From: Cyanidioschyzon merolae
Taxonomy: Eukaryota
Length of the DNA stretch: 64,000 nt
Assembly (NCBI GenBank): GCA_000091205.1
Contig: AP006496.2
Strand: one strand, 5' to 3'
Positions within the stretch are counted from its first letter, which is position 1. Every line of letters starts with the position of its first letter. A program made the position numbers and the translations under genes. Below the pieces are notes generated by a model. It worked only from the letters and a program-made list of their open reading frames with translations, was not told the origin of the DNA and made no database searches. Of this stretch, positions 1 to 10,022 are shown piece by piece.

Positions 1-192
1 GTCACAGAACCGAGTCGCCCGCGCTCGCAGCGTCTCTCGTGGTTCACCATCGCTCGTCGACTCTTATCGCACGGAGGGAAGAAACTCGAACTCGCCAGTT
101 TCTTGAATGCGCTGCTTTTCCTCGGCCTCTTGACCAACTTGCACCTGACATATGTGAATCGAGCGGGCTGTGCCCCGACCCTATTGGAGCAA

Positions 193-1212
193 ATGGCTCA
201 GTTCCACCCGGAAGCACGACACGATCCGGCTCTGCTCCTGCGCCGCTACGACCTCGTCCAAGTACAAGTAGTGCCGACGCCACTCCCGCTGCAACACTTT
301 CACAACACCTGGTCTGGCCTGCAGCCACTGTGGGAGCGGTTGTTGCCTCGTCCGCAACGGTACCAGTTCGCTACAGAAAAGGGATTTTTGCTACTAAGTG
401 AACAGGCCAGACGAAGCCACAACATCTCCGAGTTGCATCTGGAGCTGACGACGAAAGATACGTGCTATGGTGCGTCACCATTCATGCGCGGTATTCTCAA
501 GTACATTGTCGGTAGTGAAACCGTCGTTCTGAACGCTTTTGCGTATCTGCTGCAGTATGGCCTCCGACACGGCCACAGTAGTGGTCAGCGGTCGCTCGGC
601 ACGGATGGGTACGTGCTCAACGTGCAGAGCGGTGATATCTATAACATCGGTCGGGTATTTATCGGGGAACTATACGCGCGCTCCGCTTACTTTACCGATG
701 TCTTTCTGTTGAAAACGGGCGTGTTACTAACGTCAGCATATGTGATGTTCACCATAGGTGCACTGATCGCGTTTGCGTTACGGGAAGTGCAGTCAAGGAT
801 CATGAAGTTAGCACTGGAGATCCAGAATGCTCGGAATCGCACGCCATATGCCGGAGCGCTGTTTAGCAGTTCGATTCATGCGCTGGTGCTGGTTCCGATT
901 ATTACAGGTATCCTTTTCTTTCTTTTTGAATTCTTCGATAATCAGCTGCTTGCGTTTTGCGTGCTCGTTGTCGCATGGATTGCGGAGGTGACGGTCATGT
1001 TGGGCTGGCGGAGCGGCCTCTCGATCTACATCCTTCCGCGGGCGTTTGCAGCGTACTTGTTAGCATTTCATATTTACTTTTTCTCGTTTCCCCTGGGTTT
1101 TAGCTGGTTAGCGCTCTTCACCTGTGCCGCGTTCATGCAGCACACTGTTTTTCTGGTTTTCTCTCGGTTCGAGTCACCGCGGCTTCGCGCTGAGGCAACA
1201 ACGCAGCGATGA
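193..1212 (+). CDS. Hypothetical multi-pass membrane protein. It may be a downstream exon of a gene starting before the window.
   Basis: ORF 103..1212 begins with TTG in the track. The first in-frame ATG is at 193. 339 codons stop-free. Several hydrophobic helix-length segments (e.g. FTDVFLLKTGVLLTSAYVMFTIGALIAFAL; LVLVPIITGILFFLFEFF; LAFCVLVVAWIAEVTVMLGW). No recognisable family motif. Confidence 0.35.
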   Translation: MAQFHPEARHDPALLLRRYDLVQVQVVPTPLPLQHFHNTWSGLQPLWERLLPRPQRYQFATEKGFLLLSEQARRSHNISELHLELTTKDTCYGASPFMRGILKYIVGSETVVLNAFAYLLQYGLRHGHSSGQRSLGTDGYVLNVQSGDIYNIGRVFIGELYARSAYFTDVFLLKTGVLLTSAYVMFTIGALIAFALREVQSRIMKLALEIQNARNRTPYAGALFSSSIHALVLVPIITGILFFLFEFFDNQLLAFCVLVVAWIAEVTVMLGWRSGLSIYILPRAFAAYLLAFHIYFFSFPLGFSWLALFTCAAFMQHTVFLVFSRFESPRLRAEATTQR

Positions 1213-2887
1213 AGAGCGCCCGGGACTAGGACGCAGCGCACTGCATGCTTGGCGATGCGCGGGTACCATGTATAACGTGCTGCGCTCCTTGAAAAGTGTT
1301 TCTTGATTCGATGGTTTTGTTTGCAGCTTCATCGGTGCGAATGGCTGCTTGGTTGGCTTGCGACGGGTAATGCACAGCGCTTGCGTGGTGTCTCAGGCAG
1401 CTTTACGCTTGGACAACTTGCAAGCATGCCAGAAACGCCAGCACTTGTACCACTTTGGTGCATGCGAGACCACCGTGTGACGGTGCGATTTTGCATTTCG
1501 CGTGAGTACGTGCTATAGAGGGCGCGGCGGATGTCTGGCGCTGGACCAGGAACGGGCATTGCTGACGACTCCATCACGCTTTCTGGCGAGCGTATGCAAC
1601 AATCCTCCTTTCCGTGGTCAGGGTCGATGCCTATATGAGCAATTCGTATTGGTTGCATGGGTAGCGCGAGCGTTTCGTGCTACATGCGCTCGTCGTCCGC
1701 TGTGCAGCAGCAGGCAGACGCGTATCCTGGACAACAAATGCGCCGGCCAACCAGACGACGGGCAACGATTCGGTACGGTAAACGAAGCAACTTCAGTCAT
1801 ACCGAGTCCGGGTTGCTTGTGCGTGGGCAAAAGATGACTCTCGTTCCATTCGAGTTCAAACGAGCGTCGTGAATCGCCACTGCCGCAACATCGCTGATGA
1901 GTGAAGTACCCGCCGCGCCAGCGTCAGTCTCCGGGGAGGCGCACCAGATCGCGCCTCTTGCTCGGAGTTGGCTTTGGTGGATCTCCCGTGGGCGACAAGT
2001 CTGGAGAAATCGCCATCGATCCCGGTGTTGTTGTTATTGCTGTTGTTCTTGTCCCCGTTGCTGTCGTCGGAGGGGGTGCTTGCCGCACAGGCGCCGTACT
2101 GGCACCAGTGTGTGGCGTACGCGCACCGGCACGACGCTGGGCGTTCTCGGCGCCGTCCCGAGACGAACTTGGAGTCTCCTTCTTTCCAGGAGCGACGCCC
2201 TTCAACCTGAGCTCATAAGCCCGGACTTTGGCCGACACGTCACCGTCGCTTTCGTTCAAGTTCTGTCCATTATGTTTCTCGTGGAGTGCTGTGTAGTGAG
2301 CGATTTTCTCCCGAACCGTCCCGGACGAAGTATCGAGAGAATCATTGACGCTTTGTTCGATTGAAGAATTCGCACTCTTACTAACCGTCTCAAAAAACTC
2401 CTTCGCGGATCGTACGCTTAAGCTTGAGTTTAAAGTCTGTTGGGACATGGATAGAAGTTTTCAGAGTCTATTGTCAGGTGTGCAGGTTGCGGGAAAAACG
2501 AATTTGCTGCGATGCGTGTCTGCGGCCGCAGGCGACGTCACGGCGGGAAAAACGGCTGTTGTCGCTCACGTGCAATGACGATCATGATGATCATGATAAT
2601 GATGATGGCTATGCCGTCCAGCAAATTCATTGGCATTGCAGCCTTCGGTTTTGAAAGCTTCTACATTCCTTTACTTGTCTGGGCGAATTCCAAGCAAGCA
2701 TCTGCCTCAAACGGTACCATAAAGAGAAAGCATTTGGATACCTCGCTCTCTCTACGTGAGCTTTGGAGATTCAGCGGGGGCTATTGCATGTTTCCAGCAC
2801 GCAGCAGCTACGTCATTCGTGTAGCGACTCGGACGCGTCGTGATCGGCGGTTCTATAATTGTACGTACTTACGCCGGTGTACAAAAA

Positions 2888-3045
2888 CACATCTAGATGC
2901 ATCGATCACTCAACGCAATCCGCATTGCACTGCCACGGTGATCGTAGATATCAACGTAAGTGCGCCTGCATACAAGCACATCTAGATGCATCGATCACTC
3001 AACGCAATCCGCATTGCACTGCCACGATGATCGTAGGTAGAAACG
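2888..3045. repeat. Direct tandem duplication, ~90-bp unit x ~1.7
   Basis: Unit 'acatctagatgcatcgatcactcaacgcaatccgcattgcactgccacgRtgatcgtag...' occurs at 2888-2977 and again from 2978, with 2 mismatches in the first 60 nt. Confidence 0.6.
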
Positions 3046-4220
3046 TTGGCTCCAAAGCGAAATCCCCTCGTGCTACGATGTTTGTTGGAATAGGATCGAA
3101 CAGTTCAACGAAACGTTCCAGAATGCGTGGGCGCTTCCAGAGAGAAGGCTGTGGATCTCAGCGCTTCAAGCGGTGCGATCCCGTCGTGCGGTTTTGAAAA
3201 TGATGCTATTTCCGGCAGCAGCGACTGGATCGATTCAGACGCTTGCTTGGCATCAAGCCGGTCTCGAACGGTCGCTGCACCTTCACCACCAGCACATCCA
3301 GCGTCACTGGGGTCATGCTGCGCAGACAGCACTGCCCTACAGAGCCTTGACGAGTATCCGCTGACAGAACGGCGCCCTATCGAGCCAACGCATACCGCAA
3401 CGGATGATTCGGGAGAGGCGCTGGCTGATGCAGTATGGCGAGAAAGTAGCGTTTTGTCCAAATGTTCTGTACCATGCGCAGATCAGACGCTTCGGATGGA
3501 CGAATGTATCTGGTTCGTCAACGGACGATCAAACTCGAACGGCGACAGCACGACGTGATTTGCCGACAATTGCTGCATTTTTGAAATGAAAGCCGCTCGT
3601 CGGAGCGACGCTGCACCGTTCCATATCGTTATGCGGGAGCGTCTCGTCGGCAGTTGGGAGCTTGTTGTCGTCGGCATATGCCGCTGAGCGCAGGCACGAC
3701 GACCAAACTGCAAGTTCACGAAGCAGGGTGCGTCATGCCCGCCAACAGCGCCGTCAGGAGCCAAAAGCGTCGAGAAGCAGACGCTGCTTTCAGCTGCTCG
3801 CCGGAGATAGCGCTCACCTAGGCTCCACGTTCATGCAGCAGAACTCTCTTACAGCATGGGATACTGTACCGTTGCGACGGTAGCAATGCCAGTGAGTACG
3901 TTCGCGTTGCGTTTTCTGTGCTGAAACCAGGTGATTTGCACTGTTCGAAGCGCCCCGTCATCCCAGCATAGGCCAACTGGATGCTGGCACTGCAGATTTC
4001 TCCTGAACCGGGTCGACGGAACTTGGATGCAGCGCGCGGTCCACAAGCTGCAGCACGTTTACAGAAGAACAAGGCTCGCGTAGACAATCAACGAACGAGT
4101 GCGACCTGCTCACCCTGGGGTATGCTCGATACCGAGCATCGCATCAGCGTTTGTCCAGGGGTACCCCATACCGCCAGACACATCCGTATCGTGAACGCGA
4201 TGACAAAGTCGCGTATGACC

Positions 4221-7200
4221 TCAAATGGACTCGGCGACTTTGGACTTGTGAACGAGGTCAGCCAAGTTGTCGAGGAAGAGACTCGGCGTCAGGAGATGCG
4301 TACCGCCTATGTAGACGTCGAGGTTCGGCATCTGCCGTGCGAACGTAGCCGCTATCCGACACTCTGTGCGCGTAAGGCCGCCAATAAAAAAGATCATCAG
4401 CACATCCTGGGATGGTGCACTCGACTGGGTGCTCACGGGGCGTGCTTCCACCAACGCACTCGTCGACGAAGCAGCGCAGTTGCGGCATGCATCATGTTCG
4501 CTCGAAGCCGAACGAATCTCCATAGCGGACTGAGAGACATGGGCGCCTGTCGGGAGCAGCGCATCCTGCTCAAGGACGCTACCTATCGACTGTAATGGGC
4601 TCGGCTGTCCGCTGCGTACTGGAGGCGTCCTCATTTGCAGTCCAGACGGGAGATATTCTTGGTACCGTTGCGTTCTGGTGTGTGTGGTTGAGGGCGCCGC
4701 TGTCGTCGACATGAAGGCACGGGCTGCCGTCGACGTGCTCGTCGAGGTAGCGTCTGCTCCTGGACTCGAGTCGATCGAAGGCGACACTGGGTTTTCAGAT
4801 GTGTTTCCTGCGGCTGCACAGCGACCGAGAATCTCGAGCAACAGCGGTGCACCATCACGAGCTCGTCGCTGTCTTTTGATTGGTTCTGCACTGTGACGCT
4901 CTGCCCGCAGGCACTCGATAAAGGCACGAAGGCTGGCTCGACCGCGGTCGTCGATCTGGGCTTTGGCCATCCAGCGTACCAGCAGGTTCGCGTCTGCACC
5001 GCGGCACGCTACCCAGAGGAGGATAAGACGCAACTTGGCGGAGGGTTCAACGTTGGGCTGTTGGAGCAGGGCCTCAACTTGTTGCTGCTGCTCTGCGCGT
5101 CGTACTTTTTTGCCGCTCCGGGGATCCTTGCCTGTCACCAGAATCGCCTCGAGTTGTACGATACTCGCCATGTAGCGTGACTGGTACAAGGCGGTGCATT
5201 TTTCAAGCTGATCCAGGTGGAAGCTGAGTCGTTCGACCACTCGCTGATATTCGACTACAGACTTGTCACCGAGAGTCGCGTTGGCTGACCCCTCGTTTCG
5301 AGGTCTGGAGCGAGCACTGCCCAGCGCGAACTCGCGCTGACTCGACTGACTGGCGTGTCCAGTCTCTATGAGAAACCTGTCCAGTTCAACATGTGCACTC
5401 GATGCTGCCTCGTGGATATCGAGATAGCGCAAACGCAGCCACGTTGGATCGTCAGGCGTATTCAAAGTCAGCGGTATGCTCCCGATCGACGTTGTCTTGA
5501 ACAAACTACGCTGCGGCTTGACCACAATACTCGTTGGATGACTATCGACCGGAACCGGGAACATGTCGTGCAAGAAGGCATCGTACGCGAGATCATGTCG
5601 CAGTGGTGTCAGCGGGTCCGTCGCTCGATCAATGAGCACGAGACGGACGCTGCGGCGACGATACCGGCTGCGAGAAGTACCAGTACCTGCTGCTCGCAGC
5701 TCGTCTGACGGTGCTTCTGTACAAGCGCTTGGTACAGAAGCCGTAACGTAGACGGCTTCAGCGGTAGACCGGGACGTTTCCGCGTTCATAGCCGCACGAA
5801 GCGCGTCCGCAATACCCATGGCGACGCTGCTGGCAATATGGGTGGTATGGATCTCAATCTTTGGCAGCTCAAGCCCGAGGATTTGCAATACCGAGGCGAG
5901 CTGATCACCCAGTTGCTTGCATGCCCGCTTCCATTGGGTACTCGAGTCGCCTTGCTCCGGCCTGTTACCGGATGGTCCGGTGTTCCGACCGTAGAACGTT
6001 CCAAAAAGCTCCGGCAGCTCGAAAGAGAACGCGTAGTCATCGATTGGGACTAGGTCGGCATGGAGCTCCCTAACTTGCAAACTGGCGTGCATCCCGCCTA
6101 GACTTGTTCGGACTACATCGAGCAACGGACTCGTTATCGACCGGATAGCCAAGAGCAATACGTCGAAACGGCGTTGGTGTCGAGTCGACGTTGGTGTTGG
6201 CGTCGATGATGAGGCTCGCGGTGAGAGCCCTGTGCACACCTGTGCGACCTGTGCGAGCGAGGTATCGTCCCCAGTAACCAGGAAGATGGTGTTCGTTCGC
6301 GACGGCAGGTTCTTCAGCTGTGCCGCTTCTTCGAGGGACTCAACGCCAGTGATCCCGTGGTCAGCAAGATCCGATAAACGGCAGACAGCGGCGAGGATAT
6401 GTGTGCAACGTGCATCCAAAACGAGCGTTTCCCAGCAGCCGTGTCGCGGGCGGATACTCCCGAACGTGGCCCCAACGAAGCGCATACGCAGAGCCTCTCT
6501 CAGACTGGGAGTCGATCGTAGGGTCTGTGAGACGCCGGGCGTCTCTGGTGGACGCTTCGGACCAGTGCTACGCTGCGGTGGTATGGAGTGCTTGTCGGGG
6601 GCCGTGCCACCACCGCCACCGCCAACGGTGCCACAGGCACTGGAAAGCGCAGCGATGGACAGGGTTGTTCGCTTTTCGAGCTCTGTTTCTTCATCGTCTG
6701 CTCTCTGAAGCCTCCGTTTGGCATTGTTTCGCTGCCGCTGACGACGTCGGTAGACGTAGTAGAGCGCCCCGAGTACGGCTGCCAAACCAAGGACGACGCT
6801 GGCAACCACACCGCCGATGACACCAGCGTTGCTGCTGCTGCTAGAGGATGAAGATCCCTGCTGCTGCTGCTGCGAGGACGACGACGACGACGGTGCTGGT
6901 TCCGCTGTAGGAGCAACTTCTGCTACGTCTATCGTCCCGCTGGGGCAAGTCGCCAGTATGCCGGTATCGAACGTGAGTCTACCACCACACACATACGACT
7001 GCAAACGAGCGGATGCGAGCGCTGTACCGTTCGCGCTTGCGTACGGACTCGAGTCCGTAACGAGACTGTAGTAGGACGCGTAGACGGAGCCCGCTCGCAC
7101 GCCCACAAGCCACGTCGTTTGGAAGCCGAGGCGAGTATCTAATGCCGACCGAATCACAACATCTATAGCACCAGCGTAATCGCTCAGGTTCATCGCTGGG

Positions 7201-8108
7201 AAATAGAGAGTATAGGCGAGACGAATGCCGTGCGTCTCGTTCACCGGGGTGATCCATGCGGGTGACGGTTCCACTGAGGGCACAGGATTGATGCTCTGCG
7301 GAGATGCAGCCGGTGTTGCCGCTGAAACCTGCACGGTACCGTCTACGGTCCAGTTCTGGAAAAGCAGTGGGCTATCGCCGGAGGCAAACAATCCTATGGT
7401 TCCGGAGAGCATTGCGTCTGTAGCTGTATCCACAAGGGTGCCCCATGGACTCCAACCGTTCAGACTCGCCTGGAATCCGCGTCCAATGGCGGTAAGTGTT
7501 AGGATGAAGGAGTCGCTGGCGTTCAGGCTCGGAACACTGGTGGCATTCGATGTCGCGAGCGTACGCCCCTGAAAGCCGGGTCGTAGTCTTTCCAGAGTCA
7601 GTGTCTGATTCGGACCCGTCCAAAGCAGCAGATAAAAATCGCTCACATCCCGTGCACGTGCAACGATACCCACAGTACTACTGTTGGCCGAAGCGTTAAC
7701 AGCGGCTGTCACGGTGTAGTCGGTCCAGTGCGCTATAGCGGTGCTGTTAACAAACAGCGCAAGGGCACCTTCGAAATCTGTTGACTCCAGGATCGTCGTG
7801 TTCGATGTTGCGTTTCCACTGCCCGCAGGCCCAGGCTCGTATAGTAACGTTCCATCGCTGAGAAGCGACCAGCTCGTTTCAGCAGACGCAGACGAACCCT
7901 CGCTCAGCACAAGGTACGAGCGGAGGCTCTCGAACGGCAGACTGCATGGACACGCACTGAAATTGAACGAATCGAGAGAGAAAAGCTCTGATACTTGAAC
8001 CGCCTGGCGCTCTAGATCAAGAATCAGCGCTCCAGCCAACTCAACGGATACAAGTGCAAGCAACAAACAAAAGAGAATAGCTACCCAGCCACGACACCAG
8101 CGTCGCAT
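4221..8108 (-). CDS. Single continuous ORF. It has an N-terminal signal peptide, an N-glycosylation-rich ectodomain, a polyS/polyQ tract and a TM helix, fused to a complete C-terminal Sec1/Munc18 (SM) family domain.
   Basis: Track ORF 4221..8138 starts on TTG. The first ATG is at 8108 (MRRWCRGWVAILFCLLLALVSV = signal-peptide-like). More than 20 NxS/T sequons occur in the first ~400 aa. TM helix AGVIGGVVASVVLGLAAVLGALYYVYRRRQRQR. From M552 (nt 6485) downstream the SM-family hallmarks are present: 'RLVLIDRATDPLTPLRHDLAYDAFLHDM' (cf. Munc18 [23 protein letters not shown]) and C-terminal 'LMIFFIGGLTRTECRIAATF...VYIGGTHLLTPSLFLDNL' (cf. [20 protein letters not shown]...VLIGSTHILTPQKLLDTL). No in-frame stop separates the two modules. 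Confidence 0.6.
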   Translation of the reverse strand: MRRWCRGWVAILFCLLLALVSVELAGALILDLERQAVQVSELFSLDSFNFSACPCSLPFESLRSYLVLSEGSSASAETSWSLLSDGTLLYEPGPAGSGNATSNTTILESTDFEGALALFVNSTAIAHWTDYTVTAAVNASANSSTVGIVARARDVSDFYLLLWTGPNQTLTLERLRPGFQGRTLATSNATSVPSLNASDSFILTLTAIGRGFQASLNGWSPWGTLVDTATDAMLSGTIGLFASGDSPLLFQNWTVDGTVQVSAATPAASPQSINPVPSVEPSPAWITPVNETHGIRLAYTLYFPAMNLSDYAGAIDVVIRSALDTRLGFQTTWLVGVRAGSVYASYYSLVTDSSPYASANGTALASARLQSYVCGGRLTFDTGILATCPSGTIDVAEVAPTAEPAPSSSSSSQQQQQGSSSSSSSSNAGVIGGVVASVVLGLAAVLGALYYVYRRRQRQRNNAKRRLQRADDEETELEKRTTLSIAALSSACGTVGGGGGGTAPDKHSIPPQRSTGPKRPPETPGVSQTLRSTPSLREALRMRFVGATFGSIRPRHGCWETLVLDARCTHILAAVCRLSDLADHGITGVESLEEAAQLKNLPSRTNTIFLVTGDDTSLAQVAQVCTGLSPRASSSTPTPTSTRHQRRFDVLLLAIRSITSPLLDVVRTSLGGMHASLQVRELHADLVPIDDYAFSFELPELFGTFYGRNTGPSGNRPEQGDSSTQWKRACKQLGDQLASVLQILGLELPKIEIHTTHIASSVAMGIADALRAAMNAETSRSTAEAVYVTASVPSACTEAPSDELRAAGTGTSRSRYRRRSVRLVLIDRATDPLTPLRHDLAYDAFLHDMFPVPVDSHPTSIVVKPQRSLFKTTSIGSIPLTLNTPDDPTWLRLRYLDIHEAASSAHVELDRFLIETGHASQSSQREFALGSARSRPRNEGSANATLGDKSVVEYQRVVERLSFHLDQLEKCTALYQSRYMASIVQLEAILVTGKDPRSGKKVRRAEQQQQVEALLQQPNVEPSAKLRLILLWVACRGADANLLVRWMAKAQIDDRGRASLRAFIECLRAERHSAEPIKRQRRARDGAPLLLEILGRCAAAGNTSENPVSPSIDSSPGADATSTSTSTAARAFMSTTAAPSTTHTRTQRYQEYLPSGLQMRTPPVRSGQPSPLQSIGSVLEQDALLPTGAHVSQSAMEIRSASSEHDACRNCAASSTSALVEARPVSTQSSAPSQDVLMIFFIGGLTRTECRIAATFARQMPNLDVYIGGTHLLTPSLFLDNLADLVHKSKVAESI
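6829..6895. repeat. Coding triplet repeats (CTG)n/(GAC)n encoding a polyS/polyQ tract
   Basis: gctgctgctgctg...ctgctgctgctgctgcgaggacgacgacgacgacgac. Inside CDS 4221..8108 this gives SSSSSSQQQQQGSSSSSSSS. Confidence 0.7.
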
Positions 8109-8429
8109 AGGAGGCCAATGTGCATGAGTTGCCAACAAGCCTCGTGTTGGTTGCCTCCTATGTGAGCGTTACCGCTGTCGCTCTCGTCACCAGGGTAACG
8201 AATGAGCCAGAAGGACGACACTTGGCATATGCGACTTGCGTCCACGCTAAACACCGTTACCTGAGCGACGACGCATCCAAAGCAACGGTGCTTTCCCCGA
8301 GGGATAGGTACGCTTTGCTCAGCAGCAGCGCGTAACGGACGCGTTCTAGGGGCGCGCGGCACAACGATCCGCATCGGGGCCATTTTCGCTCTGGAGGGCG
8401 CACCCCAGGCTCGACGTCGATTCTGTTCC

Positions 8430-9340
8430 ACCTCTCCTAGTACCTCAGTGGTGTGTAGCAAGCGAACAAAGTCACTATGGAATGTACCCTGTAGATCGTA
8501 GAAGAATTGCCTGGAGGATATATTCTTTACTGAAAAGTTCAAGGAAGACTGCATCTCTCCTTCAGGTTAGTCATACCACGGTACTTAGATGGTTGAGGAA
8601 CGCTGAAAGGAAGAAGTACAAGCGCTCTGCACCTAAAACCGATATTCTCAAAGCGCGCTTGCGGGAAATGGTAGAAAACGACCCCTCGTTTACGTTACGG
8701 AAAGCAAAAGCGACGATAGAGGCCGCCACGGGCATCTCTGTTTCTCAACAGCTTGTTCGTGTGGTCCTGAAATCACTGGGATACCGTCGCAGAAAAGTCC
8801 AGCTTCACGCACGACCAACATCCACTGAAATCGCAACGACAGCGTTCATGGAGAGTCGCTATCGATATGAAGCCGAGTGACGCTGGTGTGTTTTTTCTGT
8901 CGATGAGACTTGCTTCGGGTGAAACGGGCGGTGCGTATATGGGTATTCGCGGAGCAGGGCGCTCATTGTACGTCTGTTGAAGCTCGAAGAGAGCGATGAT
9001 ATCCTCATCGGATTTATCTGGAGTGGGCCCGGGTGGCAGAATCACGTTCGCTCCTAGAGAAGGCGCACACAACAGCACCGACCTGGTCGATTCACTGGTG
9101 ACCTCTCCCTGACGTCTGGCGACGTGCTTCCAATGGACAATGTTGCATGTTACCATTCCCTTTGCGTTAGGGCTTTTGCCGATGATATCGGGGTCGAGTT
9201 GCTTTTCATTACTCCGTACGGTGCGTGATTCAACCTCAGCAAGGGAGTGTTTTTTATCATGCAACGTAATGATTGCTGCACTGGAGGAATCGCAGAAGCG
9301 TTCTGCACACAGCGACAAACCGGGAGCACAGGTCAGCTTT
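8430..9340 (+). mobile_element. Decayed Tc1/mariner (IS630-superfamily, DDE_3) transposon relic
   Basis: ORF 8482..8880 encodes a transposase-type N-terminal HTH (RRRIAWRIYSLLKSSRKTASLLQVSHTTVLRWL...). Downstream, in shifted frames, lie remnants of the DDE core: 'VFFSVDETCFG' (first D), 'MDNVACYHS' (second D) and 'GVELLFITPYGA*FNLSK' (degenerate LPPYSPDLNPIE block, stop in place of the catalytic region). Total length ~0.9 kb is shorter than an autonomous element. A second ~80% identical copy starts at 63690. Confidence 0.6.
8482..9330 (+). pseudogene. Tc1/mariner-like transposase pseudogene (frameshifted, internally deleted)
   Basis: HTH N-terminus is intact. The DDE_3 core is broken by frameshifts and a stop. 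Confidence 0.55.
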
Positions 9341-10022
9341 CTTGCGCAAACCCCGGTCTTCTTCGGGAACATCTCAACCTAGCGGCATAAAAAATGCATT
9401 CATTTTGAAGAAATAAGGGAATCCACGTGAAAGTAATGGACATGAAAGTCGGGGATACACGAGGGCCGTCATCGCCAGCCGCCTGGAAGAGAAACGGAAA
9501 AATCCTCTTCTCACCGAACATCGAGCGAAGAAGCGCAAGCGACGAAGAAGAAGGAGAAGGAGAAGAGGGGAGATCGTCGAGAAAACGTATTTGCCCAGCG
9601 GGACGAAGACGAGACTGTCGAAGCACAGCAGGCGCGAGCTCTACACAACCCTTGCAACGGTGAGTTCCACCAGCGGCAACAAATCGCAAAGAGTTCGTAA
9701 ACCGATCCTTCAACATCTCCATGAATACCAGACGATGTGCAGTGCTGTCGACCAGACCCGCAGAGCTGACGCGTTCCATCTTTGTAGTGTAGCCTCTGAA
9801 GCTCGAAGTATTCAAGGAGAAACTGAAGCCGATGCCAAGAGGCCCGTCGAAAAAAGACTGAGAGGCTTCAGAGGATATATACACGCCCCATGATAGTGCA
9901 AAGAACTGCGTTTCATTGAACACGCGCTGACGCGAGTACAGTTTGGTTGCGCTTGTACTTGCGGTAACGCTACGTCTCGAAAAGCGCGCATTAACCTCAC
10001 AGATGCTTTTCTTGCACTTCCA

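Noticed and set aside
1897-2448. Overlapping ORFs on both strands (155 aa plus, 174 aa minus) around 1.9-2.4 kb
   Set aside because: Mutually exclusive, low-complexity (polyC/R or S/T-rich), no motifs. I cannot decide which strand, if either, is coding.
8109-8138. ORF-track N-termini beginning at non-ATG codons (8138, 27295, 50782, 57012, 63420, 21788, 19285, 32601)
   Set aside because: Checking the nucleotides shows TTG, GTG or CTG at these positions, because the track translates alternative starts as M. CDS were re-anchored to the first in-frame ATG. The true 5' ends remain uncertain.
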